The notes: generated by a model from the sequence alone, not told the origin. A stretch of 64,000 nt of DNA from an uncultured Candidatus Saccharibacteria bacterium (GCA_964632215.1 CAZWBG010000001.1:46589-110588), one strand, 5' to 3'. Shown: positions 8,880 through 18,787, counted from the first letter of the stretch. Program-made: numbers and translations.

Positions 8880-9793
8880 GCGAAGGTTCCAATAATTGTT
8901 TTTGTAACATCAAAGTTTTCTCTTTCGCCACCGCCATGGCCAGCTAGTGTCCATATTAGTTGGCTGTCAGGCAGTGCTTTATTAAGATTGTAGGCAGTAA
9001 TTGGTGGGCAAACAACATCGTACCTTCCTTGGACAAGCCAGATTGGCATAGCGAGTTTGTGAGCATTCTGCAAGATGTAATTGTCAGGTAAGAAGCATCT
9101 ATTCTGCAGGTAAAGTATCTCAATCAGAGTGCCGTTCGGATCAAATTCTTCAAAATCACTAGCCTTAAAACGATCGTCAAGTCTCATGATGCCACTCTCG
9201 AGCTGCTCGTAAGCGTAGGCAGATTTTTTGGCCGCTTTCTTATTTTTCCCAAGAGCTCGCGGTCTGTGATACTCTGCAGGATTATCTCTATACTCTTCAG
9301 GCACACTCTGTGCAAATGTGTCCCATACATCAGGGTAGAAAGAACGAAACTCACCTTTATCCATAAAATCAATCTCTGACTGAGATCCAGTGAATATGCC
9401 ACGCAGTATCATTGCCTGAACTTTGTTGGGATGTTCTAGGCCATAGGCTAGAGCGAGGGTTGAGCCCCACGAGCCACCGACTAAAATAAAGTTTTTAAGC
9501 TTGAGTTTTTTTGTAATGGTTTCAATATCTTGCACTAAATGTGCGGTCGTGTTGGCCTCTAGTTCACCTGCAGGGATGCTCTTACCAGACCCGCGCTGGT
9601 CAAAGAAGACAACACGGTTTTTTAGTGGATTAAAGTGAAGTTTATGGCCGTCGTTGCAGCCACTTCCGGGTCCACCATGCAAAAAGATAAACGTAGTCTC
9701 TGCGGCTTTATTTCCCCAGTCCTGAACGTAGAGTTGGTGTTCATCCCCTACACCCAGCATCGTCTCAGAAATTGTGTATATGTCTGGTGTCAT
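8876..9793 (-). CDS. pip: proline iminopeptidase (alpha/beta hydrolase)
   Basis: FLHGGPGSGC, FFDQRGSGKS, nucleophile elbow GGSWGSTLALAY. ATGA overlap with the next gene. Confidence 0.8.
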   Translation of the reverse strand: MTPDIYTISETMLGVGDEHQLYVQDWGNKAAETTFIFLHGGPGSGCNDGHKLHFNPLKNRVVFFDQRGSGKSIPAGELEANTTAHLVQDIETITKKLKLKNFILVGGSWGSTLALAYGLEHPNKVQAMILRGIFTGSQSEIDFMDKGEFRSFYPDVWDTFAQSVPEEYRDNPAEYHRPRALGKNKKAAKKSAYAYEQLESGIMRLDDRFKASDFEEFDPNGTLIEILYLQNRCFLPDNYILQNAHKLAMPIWLVQGRYDVVCPPITAYNLNKALPDSQLIWTLAGHGGGERENFDVTKTIIGTFA

Positions 9794-10491
9794 ATATTCT
9801 CCTTCTCATTAGTATACTCTATACACAAATCTGCGCAGGTTTTAGCTAGTATGTCCATAGAGTCAATCACAGGTACTTCAGTTATATTTTTTGCTAAGAT
9901 GCTGAGCTCTGTGCAGCCAAGTACGACAGCATCAGCTCGCGCATCTGAAATAATAGTCGAAAGTTGATTCAATTGTACTTGATTTGGTACTAGCCCTTTT
10001 TTGATATCTTTTATGAGCTCATCAATAAGTACCTGACCGACCTGATTAGGATATGCGCAGGTTGTGTTTACTGCACGGCTATCAAAAATTTTACCTACGT
10101 TAGTACCTTCAGTACCAAGTATAAGTAATGTTTTTACCTTCATTTTCTCGGCTTGTAACATGCACGCGGCGGGCATGTCCAGCACGGGTAGCGGTACTCG
10201 GGCCATAAGGCGAGCCAGTATTTTTGGGCTGTGCGCAGTATTGCATGGCATGCAGACTATATTAGCTCCAGATCTTGAAAGCATCCTTGCCTCTGTTACC
10301 AAGATGTCTAAAGGATCAGCGCCATCATTCAGTAGAAAGCTTGAACGATCTGGTATGAGGCCGTTATTGCTACATACAATACGTGGTATCGATTGATCTG
10401 ACCCTGAAAATTGATTCAACAACTTACCTTGAAACTCTATGGTTGCGCGAGGTCCCATGCCACCGAGTATGCCAATGGTGAAATCACTCAT
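9790..10491 (-). CDS. aspartate/glutamate racemase family protein
   Basis: GILGGMGPRATIEF; two Cys regions (CMPCNTAH, LGCTELS) typical of Asp/Glu racemases. Confidence 0.8.
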   Translation of the reverse strand: MSDFTIGILGGMGPRATIEFQGKLLNQFSGSDQSIPRIVCSNNGLIPDRSSFLLNDGADPLDILVTEARMLSRSGANIVCMPCNTAHSPKILARLMARVPLPVLDMPAACMLQAEKMKVKTLLILGTEGTNVGKIFDSRAVNTTCAYPNQVGQVLIDELIKDIKKGLVPNQVQLNQLSTIISDARADAVVLGCTELSILAKNITEVPVIDSMDILAKTCADLCIEYTNEKENI

Positions 10492-11684
10492 GGTGCACCT
10501 TTTTGAAGTCTTTGGAGTCTTTTGGTAATTTGTTTGAGCTCGTGCATGGTGAGCGAAGTATTCTCAGCGGGCATTCCAATCTCCTCACCGTCCAATAGGT
10601 CGTATTGGCTCACGTAGGGTGCACTTGGGGCTTCCGCAAAGATTTCTGGTATCTCCTGAACTAAGCTCGTAAGCTCTACATCTATTCCACGTTCCTGAAC
10701 TTTTTTGGCTTCCAAGAAGCAGGCCTTCTTTCGGGCATCTCTAGACTCAGGGCTTTTGAAAAAGGCTTTTTTCTCCGCTGCAACAAGTAGCTCTTTCTTG
10801 TTTAAGATATTAAATATCTGCTGAGCAACCCTCACCTGTCTGCTGGTTGTGACGAATCGAGCTTCTGCGGAAGGAACAAGTTTTACCCTCAGGCTAGCTG
10901 GAAGTTGGCCACCAAAACTTGCTTGATTTCTGATAGTTTCATAGAGTTCGGCGAGCGAACTCCTCCTTGTCTCAGATTTTAAGTACTGAACCATATCGGG
11001 ACCAGAAAGGTGTATCTGGGTGTCTTTCTCACTCCTCAGAGATTCAATGATAAAGTTAACAACTATATCCACGTCATTTGGAATGAGCAGACCTCTCTCT
11101 GTTCGAGGGTCGTCATTGAGTTGCAGTATTCCGTATTGGTCAAAAAGTTGGGCGTACGAGCCTTCGGTTTTTCGGATTGTACCATCGGCCTCTATGACTC
11201 TTTTGAATAACTCAGGGTTGCTCGAAAGTGCGATAGTTATCGCTTCTCCAGCCAGAGACTCTTGGCTCCGTAAGTATTCGGTATTCGTAACGACTGAAGT
11301 TGCCGGAAATGCGTCCCGTACAGACTGAGCGTGGAGGGTATCAAGAAAACACATATCACCTGAAGTTGGCGCAATTACTTCCGTGCGTAGTGATAGATCT
11401 CCTAGGTGGCTCACTTTGAGTGGTGTAATCTTCTCTCTTGTCACAATTGAGCCCGGAAGATAGTTAGCATCTCCCTGCTTGTATTGCCCTTCTCTATCTT
11501 CAGGTTTTTGTATGACAATGTTGTGATCTACGAGTAGCAGCGGTATTCCCATATTAGCTATGGTTAGATTGTAGCCACGTAAATTGCCAACGTGGGCAGA
11601 TCTCATGACACTCGTACCGCTATTCATAGCGTCCTGTGCATCTTGCAGGCTTATATTTGGTTCTATCTCTATGTTCATACTCAT
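10488..11684 (-). CDS. hypothetical protein (first gene of the five-gene overlapping operon)
   Basis: 398-aa ORF with AAGGA SD-like sequence upstream. 4-nt overlap with the racemase gene. No family recognised. Confidence 0.6.
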   Translation of the reverse strand: MSMNIEIEPNISLQDAQDAMNSGTSVMRSAHVGNLRGYNLTIANMGIPLLLVDHNIVIQKPEDREGQYKQGDANYLPGSIVTREKITPLKVSHLGDLSLRTEVIAPTSGDMCFLDTLHAQSVRDAFPATSVVTNTEYLRSQESLAGEAITIALSSNPELFKRVIEADGTIRKTEGSYAQLFDQYGILQLNDDPRTERGLLIPNDVDIVVNFIIESLRSEKDTQIHLSGPDMVQYLKSETRRSSLAELYETIRNQASFGGQLPASLRVKLVPSAEARFVTTSRQVRVAQQIFNILNKKELLVAAEKKAFFKSPESRDARKKACFLEAKKVQERGIDVELTSLVQEIPEIFAEAPSAPYVSQYDLLDGEEIGMPAENTSLTMHELKQITKRLQRLQKGAP

Positions 11685-11711
11685 ACTAATTTTCCTTCGT
11701 GTTGTTTAAAA

Positions 11712-11740
11712 TTAAAAAGACCGCCTGTGTATGGGCGGTT
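11712..11740 (-). terminator. rho-independent terminator after the xth/MazG/Nudix operon
   Basis: Minus strand: aaccgcc-catacaca-ggcggt followed by cttttt. Confidence 0.6.
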
Positions 11741-11949
11741 ATCTTTGGGTTTGCTGGTTTATTTACTTAGAATGTGAATAATACGTTGAACGCCAAGAAG
11801 CCGCCGTGTGCTTGCGGTAATGCTTCTTAAACCAAGTTTGGCTGTTTATACGTAAATTCATAACAAAAAATACTATACATTACTACTATGAATAAATCAA
11901 ATAATTCTTTATGTTTTTGAAGATCAATTTTGTCAGTCAATGAGCGAGT

Positions 11950-12441
11950 CTACCTAAAAGAGAGTACCTCGTTTATTTTGTGGTCTACTACTTTGTTGTT
12001 ATCGTCGTGCATAAATTCCCCGCGGATTTTCTTGCCCTTAAGTACCGAGGGTAGCCAGTAAGTATCGTCGTCCCACATTTGTGTATAAGGAATATCTGCA
12101 GTTGCAAACCAGCTTGGTTTCATTTCTTCAGATTCAGTGGGCTCGCCTTCCCATTCATGACAAATAAATGCGTGTACTTGCATGAGTTTTCTTTCACCTT
12201 CGTGGATTTCGTTAAAGGTAAGCTCGGCTACTTTTTCGTATTTGAGCGGTGTAACGCTGATCTCTTCCTGACATTCTCGAATTAAAGCGTGTTCTAGTGT
12301 TTCTGTCAGTTCGATTTTTCCACCTACGCCGTTCCAATTACCAGCTCCGAAGCCACGCTTTTTAAGAGCTAGTAATATCTGATCATCTTTCATTAAGAAC
12401 AGAAGAGTGAGTTGTTTTGTCTGAGGTTCAGAGTTGGTCAT
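11950..12441 (-). CDS. Nudix hydrolase (MutT-like)
   Basis: Nudix box GGKIELTETLEHALIRECQEEISV. Confidence 0.8.
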   Translation of the reverse strand: MTNSEPQTKQLTLLFLMKDDQILLALKKRGFGAGNWNGVGGKIELTETLEHALIRECQEEISVTPLKYEKVAELTFNEIHEGERKLMQVHAFICHEWEGEPTESEEMKPSWFATADIPYTQMWDDDTYWLPSVLKGKKIRGEFMHDDNNKVVDHKINEVLSFR

Positions 12442-12781
12442 ATTTCTTGTTCACACCTTTAAATTTTTTCACTGGGTACTTCTTGTGTCGTTTTGCTTCT
12501 TTGTTAGAAAAAGCTTTTAGCAGATCAATATCATTCTGATGGGCAAACATTAAAAGAATATAGAGAATATCGGCAAGCTCATCTTCAACCTCTTGTTTTC
12601 GCTTTTTTGAAGTAATTTGTGCTTGTTCGACAGTAGTGAAACGATACAAATCCATTAGTTCGCCTACTTCTGAACCAAGTGCAAGTAGTGTACCTTTTGG
12701 ATCATCATGAAATTGTGACCAATCGCGCTCTTCGATAAACTGTACAACTCGCTTCTGCAGTTTCGAGAGACTGTCACTCAT
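12428..12781 (-). CDS. MazG-like nucleotide pyrophosphohydrolase
   Basis: ERDWSQFHDDPKGTLLALGSEVGELMDLYRF and ELADILYILL are typical of small MazG/YpjD-type NTP pyrophosphohydrolases. Confidence 0.7.
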   Translation of the reverse strand: MSDSLSKLQKRVVQFIEERDWSQFHDDPKGTLLALGSEVGELMDLYRFTTVEQAQITSKKRKQEVEDELADILYILLMFAHQNDIDLLKAFSNKEAKRHKKYPVKKFKGVNKKYDQL

Positions 12782-13582
12782 TTATATCTCGAGTTCTATG
12801 CTGACGGGGCAGTGGTCGGAGCCCATAATCATAGGGTGAATTGCAGCATTTTTAATGTTATCTTTCAGGCTTTCAGATGCGAGCCAGTAATCTATGCGCC
12901 AACCGACGTTTCGAGCCCTGGCATTGGCCCAGTGAGTCCACCAGGTATAGGCCGTGGCTTCATCTGGGTGCAGCGTGCGAAATGTGTCGAAGAATCCGGC
13001 ATCAAGAAAATCCTGGAATCGCTCGCGTTCTTCATGAGTAAAACCGTGTTTACCGACGTTCGGTTTCGGGTTGGCTAGATCAATCTCTTGGTGCGCTACG
13101 TTTAGGTCACCTGAAAATACCACGGGCTTTTTGGCCTCTAATTGTTTGAGGTATGCCAAGAAGGCTGGATCCCAGTGCGTATAGCGAAGATCGAGTCGCG
13201 AAAGATCTCCCTTAGAATTTGGCGTATAGACTGTCACGACGTAGAATTTCTCAAATTCAGCGGCTATCACTCGCCCTTCGTCATTTGGATTACCATATGA
13301 ATCATCGGCTAACTGAAACTTTTTTAAGATATCTTCCGGAAAGCCATTCATAATAGTCAGTGGTTTTGTTTTGCTAAATATTGCTGTACCAGAATAGCCT
13401 TTTTTCTGAGCAGAATTCCAATACTCTTCGTAGCCAGTTAGGTCAATTTCAGCCTGGCCTTGCATAGCTTTGGTTTCTTGTAAACAAAGAATATCTGGCT
13501 GATACTCCTCAATAAACGGTGTAAATAATCCTTTATTAACAACAGCGCGAATTCCATTTATGTTCCAAGAATATAACTTCAT
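12782..13582 (-). CDS. xth: exodeoxyribonuclease III
   Basis: MKLYSWNINGIRA, LCLQETK, SGDLNVAH, GSDHCPV. Confidence 0.9.
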   Translation of the reverse strand: MKLYSWNINGIRAVVNKGLFTPFIEEYQPDILCLQETKAMQGQAEIDLTGYEEYWNSAQKKGYSGTAIFSKTKPLTIMNGFPEDILKKFQLADDSYGNPNDEGRVIAAEFEKFYVVTVYTPNSKGDLSRLDLRYTHWDPAFLAYLKQLEAKKPVVFSGDLNVAHQEIDLANPKPNVGKHGFTHEERERFQDFLDAGFFDTFRTLHPDEATAYTWWTHWANARARNVGWRIDYWLASESLKDNIKNAAIHPMIMGSDHCPVSIELEI

Positions 13583-13632
13583 ACTAAAAGTATAGCGTGT
13601 TTGTCTACAACTTGTGAACCGTTAATAGCTTA

Positions 13633-14601
13633 TTACGCTACGAGCCCTGAGTTGAATGGATTGTATCTGCCTACGTTTTGATCAAGTGCCTCTTCCACCA
13701 TTCGCTGGGCGTGTTGAATCATGGCATTTTTACCGATCTCGGTGGTGTCAAAGTAAACTTGTCTATCCTCTGCAAGCGCCTTAGCACCAGCGCCGTGGCG
13801 GCCACCTTGTCTATATTTATTAATCTCTTCACCAGCAAGCATATTGGCTGCCGCTCCAAGTGATATATCAAGACTGCGTGCTAGGTGCTCAGCAGTTTCT
13901 TGAGTGATCTCCATATTAAACCAATAATTTATACTATCCAAATCTGGTGCTACCGGGTCAATTACACGCCGCTCATCACTTAGTTGTCGATCGCGGATAC
14001 TCTTGAGTGTGGCTCTGTACCAGTTATCGTTGTCGGGCGCAGCAATATCTACGCCTTGTCGCAGGGCTTCTCTTTTTGCTGCAATAAATGGTTGGCAGTC
14101 TACGAAAAGCCTTAGAAGAATATCAGCCCCAACTACTTTTTGGATAACTGGCTGCAGGTTTCGTCCATCTACGAACAGTAAGCGAGTGTCGGGGTTATCT
14201 ACTTGTCGCTGAACTCGCCGCGTGAAACCCTCCTTAACTGCTGATCGCACGATATCAAAAGGTGCCACGTTACCAACGGTTTCGCTAATTTCTAGTGTGT
14301 AGAGCGCGTCGTTTCCCTGCTCTGCTACAATTTCGTGGCGCTGTGCTGCGTAATCGGCGATTGATTCCTTACCAAGACTGTGAACTACCTTTTCAATAGA
14401 GGATATGTCCATTTCGGGATCGAGATGTCCATCAAGTATTAAGCCAAGTGTCACCGCTCGATAGTCAGCACCGGTTTCGTCTTGGGCGGCACCAGAGAAG
14501 AGTTCAGTTAAGCCTGCTGTGATGGTTCCCTTGCCGCTGCGCGGCGTGCCATTGCTCTCTACGACCCATAGTCGCTGTTCGCTTGACAATGCATTTGACA
14601 T
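13633..14601 (-). CDS. cytidylate kinase-like P-loop protein with a long C-terminal extension
   Basis: GTPRSGKGTITAGL (compare Cmk GPxGSGKGT), ADYRAVT, FVDGRN, RLFVDCQPFIAAKRE. ATG at 14601 is preceded by GGAG with 5-nt spacing; the ORF-track start at 14619 is a TTG. Confidence 0.5.
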   Translation of the reverse strand: MSNALSSEQRLWVVESNGTPRSGKGTITAGLTELFSGAAQDETGADYRAVTLGLILDGHLDPEMDISSIEKVVHSLGKESIADYAAQRHEIVAEQGNDALYTLEISETVGNVAPFDIVRSAVKEGFTRRVQRQVDNPDTRLLFVDGRNLQPVIQKVVGADILLRLFVDCQPFIAAKREALRQGVDIAAPDNDNWYRATLKSIRDRQLSDERRVIDPVAPDLDSINYWFNMEITQETAEHLARSLDISLGAAANMLAGEEINKYRQGGRHGAGAKALAEDRQVYFDTTEIGKNAMIQHAQRMVEEALDQNVGRYNPFNSGLVA

Positions 14602-14643
14602 GAAAACTCCTTTTTGCAAACTATATCATTTATTGTCTGTGGC

Positions 14644-15345
14644 TCAAACCATAAGGATGTTGTGAAGCAATGCGATGATCTCCCGACGATGATTTTTAGT
14701 GAAATTGTGGTCGGCGGCTATCTTTTGGATGTGGATATTTTCACAGGTCTGTAGTTTTTCGTACTGCGTTTCACTTATAACTTCATCTTCAGTAGTTTGT
14801 ACGAGATAAATTGAACGTTGCTTGCCATATGCGTACATTGCACCTTCGGCATCTATTGCTGCCGTTTGTTCGAAGAAGTTTAGTGGAACATGGGTTGTGG
14901 TGCCGTCTTTTCGTGGAATACTAAGTTCGTCTTTGGCTAGCATTGCTCCAGGATATTTTTTGAAGTATTTCTCCATTCTTGTGCCAAAGCTCTCGGGTGG
15001 TGCCAAGAAGATTACCTTGCCAGATATTTCGGGCTCGGTAAGCGCAGCAATAATGCAACCCATAGAATGAGCAATAACATGTATTTTTGCATCAGGACAC
15101 CTTTGGCTAGCTTCATAGAGAACTGCCTGGAGGTGTTCAATCTGTTCCTGAATGGGCGTAATGTAGGCATCATGGCCTTCAATTTTGTAGAAGTCGAACA
15201 ATACGCTCCCCCATCTTTTTGGCAGTGATGCTTGGATGTCTGTAAACATGCCACGCGAATCCCAGCGCACACCAAAGCCGTGCACAAAGACAACAATATC
15301 TGTAGTACTATCTGGAATGTCAAATTGTATTGTCTGTTGGCTCAT
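14644..15345 (-). CDS. alpha/beta hydrolase
   Basis: VFVHGFG; nucleophile elbow VIAHSMGC; C-terminal His (ADHNF). Confidence 0.7.
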   Translation of the reverse strand: MSQQTIQFDIPDSTTDIVVFVHGFGVRWDSRGMFTDIQASLPKRWGSVLFDFYKIEGHDAYITPIQEQIEHLQAVLYEASQRCPDAKIHVIAHSMGCIIAALTEPEISGKVIFLAPPESFGTRMEKYFKKYPGAMLAKDELSIPRKDGTTTHVPLNFFEQTAAIDAEGAMYAYGKQRSIYLVQTTEDEVISETQYEKLQTCENIHIQKIAADHNFTKNHRREIIALLHNILMV

Positions 15346-15803
15346 CGCTTAAGTTCACGGTTGGTGTCGCGGTCCTGCTGGCGCCGTTTGATGGTCTCTC
15401 GTTTATCATAGAGTTTTTTACCACGAGCCATGCTGAGCTCAATTTTAATGAATTTACCATGTGTAAAAAGTCTCGTGGGGACGATGGTGAGTCCGCGGTT
15501 TTTGGCCTCTTCAATTTCTAGCAGCTGTTTTTTGGTAACCAGTAGTTTACGGGGTGTACTGAGCTCTTTTTCTCCCGTAATAATCTGTGCAGTATGTGGA
15601 ATAGAGATACTCATATTAGTGATCCAAAGTTCATCTTCTTTTATGGTCGCGTAAGCACCAGTAAGGCGTACATGCCCGAGGCGAGCTCCTTTGACCTCTG
15701 GGCCAGTTAAGATTATGCCAGCAGATACGGTTTCTCCCAATTCATAATCGAACCGAGCACGTCGATTGATGATGACTCCAGTAGTGGCTGGCTTTTTCTT
15801 CAT
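15342..15803 (-). CDS. smpB: SsrA-binding protein
   Basis: INRRARFDYELGETVSAGIILTGPEVK; RKLLVTKKQL. The start is trimmed to ATG 15803 (MKKKPATTG) because the 5' extension runs into the divergent promoter. Confidence 0.85.
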   Translation of the reverse strand: MKKKPATTGVIINRRARFDYELGETVSAGIILTGPEVKGARLGHVRLTGAYATIKEDELWITNMSISIPHTAQIITGEKELSTPRKLLVTKKQLLEIEEAKNRGLTIVPTRLFTHGKFIKIELSMARGKKLYDKRETIKRRQQDRDTNRELKR

Positions 15804-15838
15804 ACTCCCATTATACGCTATTTTCAGAGGTACGGTAA

Positions 15839-15867
15839 TTGACAAATTAACAAATTTATGCTACAAT
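15839..15867 (+). promoter_or_regulatory. sigma70-like promoter for the 15939 membrane-protein/glycosyltransferase cluster
   Basis: TTGACA (15839-15844), 17 nt, TACAAT (15862-15867). Confidence 0.55.
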
Positions 15868-15938
15868 GAGAGATAGACTCATCTTAGCAACTTAAGGTGT
15901 AGTTTGCTACCTTCCCATCTTATCTACTATCGAAAGAG

Positions 15939-16559
15939 GTGATTCGTGTGTCAAAAGCGGATAAAGTTGGCATTCTGCCCGGTTTCGGGTGGATAGTTGA
16001 CCTCAATCCTTGGCTAGCCCTGCTGGCTGCCTGGCTGATCACACCAGGAATGGTGTGGTTCATCGGGTATGTTTTGGAGAGTCGTGTGCCGATGTTCAAT
16101 CGGTATACGTTCCTCTCTTTTGTTCCAGGAGATTTTTTCTTGGGTATTGTGTTTGCTTCCTCTGTTGCGCTGAGTCAGTACCTACCCTTATCGGGCTGGT
16201 ACCAGTCCACTGCGTGGCAGTGGACTGTCTTTGTTGGCGCTTTTGTAGCGTGCCTACTTATGAGGCAGTTTGGAGATAAACCGAACTATACAAACAGGGC
16301 TTTGTGGTCGCCTACTAAGGTATATCACGACTTCTGCCTGTACTGGATCTACGGTTATCTGATGTTTACGGTGGCTGTGCCTTCGGTATTCCTCAGTGAG
16401 TGGTCTAGTGAGACAATGTTTCTCAAGATCATTGCACTCGGAGCCTTCTTGTCGTGGATCAGTACGCTGATCTATGACAATGTCTTTTGCGCTATTCCTC
16501 CAAAAGAGAAAGCCAAACACGCCCACACCTCCACCCCGATACCAATCTGGTATCAGTAG
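15939..16559 (+). CDS. integral membrane protein (about 5-6 TM)
   Basis: Hydrophobic ORF with GTG starts at 15939 and 15948 after AAGAGG. No family recognised. Confidence 0.6.
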   Translation: MIRVSKADKVGILPGFGWIVDLNPWLALLAAWLITPGMVWFIGYVLESRVPMFNRYTFLSFVPGDFFLGIVFASSVALSQYLPLSGWYQSTAWQWTVFVGAFVACLLMRQFGDKPNYTNRALWSPTKVYHDFCLYWIYGYLMFTVAVPSVFLSEWSSETMFLKIIALGAFLSWISTLIYDNVFCAIPPKEKAKHAHTSTPIPIWYQ

Positions 16560-16650
16560 TAGACTTTTAAGAAAGGTAGCATTAGCCGCCCTAGTACCAG
16601 CCGAGAAATCGGATGTGGGAATGGGCGGTTTTGCTATACTAAAAGATAAT

Positions 16651-17667
16651 ATGCAAAAAATTAACGTTAATATGGTTTCAGAAAGCGAATTTGGGGTGAA
16701 AGGACACGGTGTCCACACTGCCTACGTTGAGATGCATCGAGCGCTGCAAGGTCGTCAAGAAATCAACGTCGGAGTTAATCATTTCTTCAAAAAAGTTGAT
16801 GTAACGCACATTCAAACTATGTGGCCCTATGCTTTCTCTTCACTAATGTTTGGTAGTGGTAAAAAAGTTGTATCAGCTCATATCGTGCCCGATTCCCTGC
16901 TGGGTTCATTCAAGGGTGCTAACCGGCTTCACAAAGCCTCTACGAAGTACCTCAGCTACTTTTACCGTCAGGCTGATATAGTCTTGGCGGTTTCCTCCAC
17001 GGTAAAAGAGGTACTAGTTGACGAGCTTGGGGTGGATCCTCGTAAGGTTCATGTACTTTATAACACTATTGATATGAAGCAGTACCATACTACGCCTGCT
17101 CAAAAAGCAAAGATGCGTAAGCAGTTGAAGATATCACCAAGTAAATTTGTCGTAGTGGGAAATGGTCAGATTCAGCCCCGCAAGCGTTTTGATATTTTCG
17201 TGCAACTTGCCAAAAATATGCCAGATGTTGATTTTATCTGGATCGGAGGCATTCCCTTTAAGCACCTCGGGGCAGCACATACCCAAATGCAAGAACTAGT
17301 TATGCAGGCACCTGCAAATCTACAAGTTACGGGCGTGATCCCTTTGAGAGATGTCAAGCAGTACTTTCAAGTAGCAGATGTGTTCCTATTGCCTGCTGAG
17401 CAGGAGAATCATCCAATGGCTGTGCTCGAAGCGGCTGGCGTAGGCTTACCGCTTGTAGTGCGTGATATCCCTGAGTACAACGATACCTTTGGCCAAGATA
17501 TCGTTCGAGTTAAGGACGAGGCTTTTCAGAAAGTATTGGAGAGTCTACAAACCGATAAGACTTTTTATGCACATGCGGTCAAAGGGGCTCAGGCTATAGC
17601 GAAGCGCTTCGATAGTAAAGAGGGTGCTCGTCAGTTGGCCGACTACTACCAGCAAGTGTTAGGTTAG
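16651..17667 (+). CDS. glycosyltransferase family 4 (GT-B, GT1-type)
   Basis: VSESEFGVKGHGVHTAY at the N-terminus; E-x7-E-like LLPAEQENHPMAVLEAAGVGLPLV. ORF-track start 16474 overlaps the upstream gene, so I trimmed it to ATG 16651. Confidence 0.75.
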   Translation: MQKINVNMVSESEFGVKGHGVHTAYVEMHRALQGRQEINVGVNHFFKKVDVTHIQTMWPYAFSSLMFGSGKKVVSAHIVPDSLLGSFKGANRLHKASTKYLSYFYRQADIVLAVSSTVKEVLVDELGVDPRKVHVLYNTIDMKQYHTTPAQKAKMRKQLKISPSKFVVVGNGQIQPRKRFDIFVQLAKNMPDVDFIWIGGIPFKHLGAAHTQMQELVMQAPANLQVTGVIPLRDVKQYFQVADVFLLPAEQENHPMAVLEAAGVGLPLVVRDIPEYNDTFGQDIVRVKDEAFQKVLESLQTDKTFYAHAVKGAQAIAKRFDSKEGARQLADYYQQVLG

Positions 17668-17668
17668 C

Positions 17669-18787
17669 CTATTCTCGGTTTAGTTCTGATCGAACTCGTT
17701 CCCAAATGCTTGAATCGTTAAATTTCACTTTTCGCCAGTACCACCACTCACCTCCCCAAGTGTAAATATCTTGTACGCCGATTTTGCGAGCAAAGACAAC
17801 GTTTCTATGTAGTTGATCTGCGTCCATAGAATCATTTTGCTCTTCAATGTCTAGATCTTTTGTAGCGGCTGGACCCCACGGCTCAAGCTGTAGCTCGTGT
17901 ATGAAGATATCTCGGTGTTGGAAGGTTCTGATCCACCAGGCTCGTATTTTATGATACCAAACAGGGGTCGGGTAGGTTATGTAGAACTCAAAAGGACCGG
18001 TTTTGTTGTTGTAGACTGTGCGGTAAACGGAGTAACCATATTTGTCTGGCACTGGGTTATTGACTGGCAGACCATGCTGGTCGCTCAGGCTCATCCATAC
18101 GGGATGGTTGGGGTCGAGTTGTTTTACATAGTTAAATTCTCGGTCAAGCCGCTCTTTGTTAATATCTTTGTCGGTACATTCACCAAACCAAGTATTAACA
18201 GCCTCGTTTTCTAACTGATAGCTTTCAAGTGCGGGGTGATCTTTTACGTGGTCTACTGTTGCTTTGAGGTATTCCATGAGCGCTTGGTCTTGTTCTTCTC
18301 GGGTAAGTGTGGCATACCAAGAGGGTTTGTGACATTCAGGCCAGCGTGGTTGGCGCATACCAATAGAAAGACTCACTCGAGCACCACGTTTGACGGCCTC
18401 ATTAAGTTGCCAGTCGAGATCATCAAAATTATAGACTCCGCGTTCTGGTTCGTGCTCATCCCAGTAGCTCATGAGTCGAAAACTACGTATCTGAAGATCA
18501 TCTAAAAGCGCGATGAAGTTTGCTCGCCAGTCCACTCCGAGCTCCTCGGCATACTTTTTAGAGAAACTTACGCCAAAACGAGGGTTCTTGACCTCTGGGA
18601 ATGAGGCCTCGATAACTTTATGGACGCTAAAGAGCGCTACAAGTATGACAAATATGTAGATCAGCCATCGTTGCCATCGTTTGCGTCTTGCTAACCACAG
18701 CTTGGCTCGACTGGCTTGAGATCTAATAGAATTCCAAGGCCGAAAACCATTTGTTGTTTTTTTGTGTGATTTGGCTGATTTCTTCAT
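17669..18787 (-). CDS. membrane-anchored glycoside hydrolase (clan GH-A TIM barrel, GH42/GH5-like)
   Basis: N-terminal TM. WDEHEPERGVYNFDDLDWQL (W..EP..G.Y.F..LD motif). Candidate catalytic QLENE and ELQLEPWG. Confidence 0.5.
   Translation of the reverse strand: MKKSAKSHKKTTNGFRPWNSIRSQASRAKLWLARRKRWQRWLIYIFVILVALFSVHKVIEASFPEVKNPRFGVSFSKKYAEELGVDWRANFIALLDDLQIRSFRLMSYWDEHEPERGVYNFDDLDWQLNEAVKRGARVSLSIGMRQPRWPECHKPSWYATLTREEQDQALMEYLKATVDHVKDHPALESYQLENEAVNTWFGECTDKDINKERLDREFNYVKQLDPNHPVWMSLSDQHGLPVNNPVPDKYGYSVYRTVYNNKTGPFEFYITYPTPVWYHKIRAWWIRTFQHRDIFIHELQLEPWGPAATKDLDIEEQNDSMDADQLHRNVVFARKIGVQDIYTWGGEWWYWRKVKFNDSSIWERVRSELNRE

Noticed and set aside
16474-16650. 5' extension of the GT4 gene overlapping the membrane-protein gene
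   Set aside because: The extension overlaps the upstream CDS by 86 nt in another frame and encodes a Pro/Thr-rich stretch. GT4 homologues start near MQKINV/MVSESEFG.
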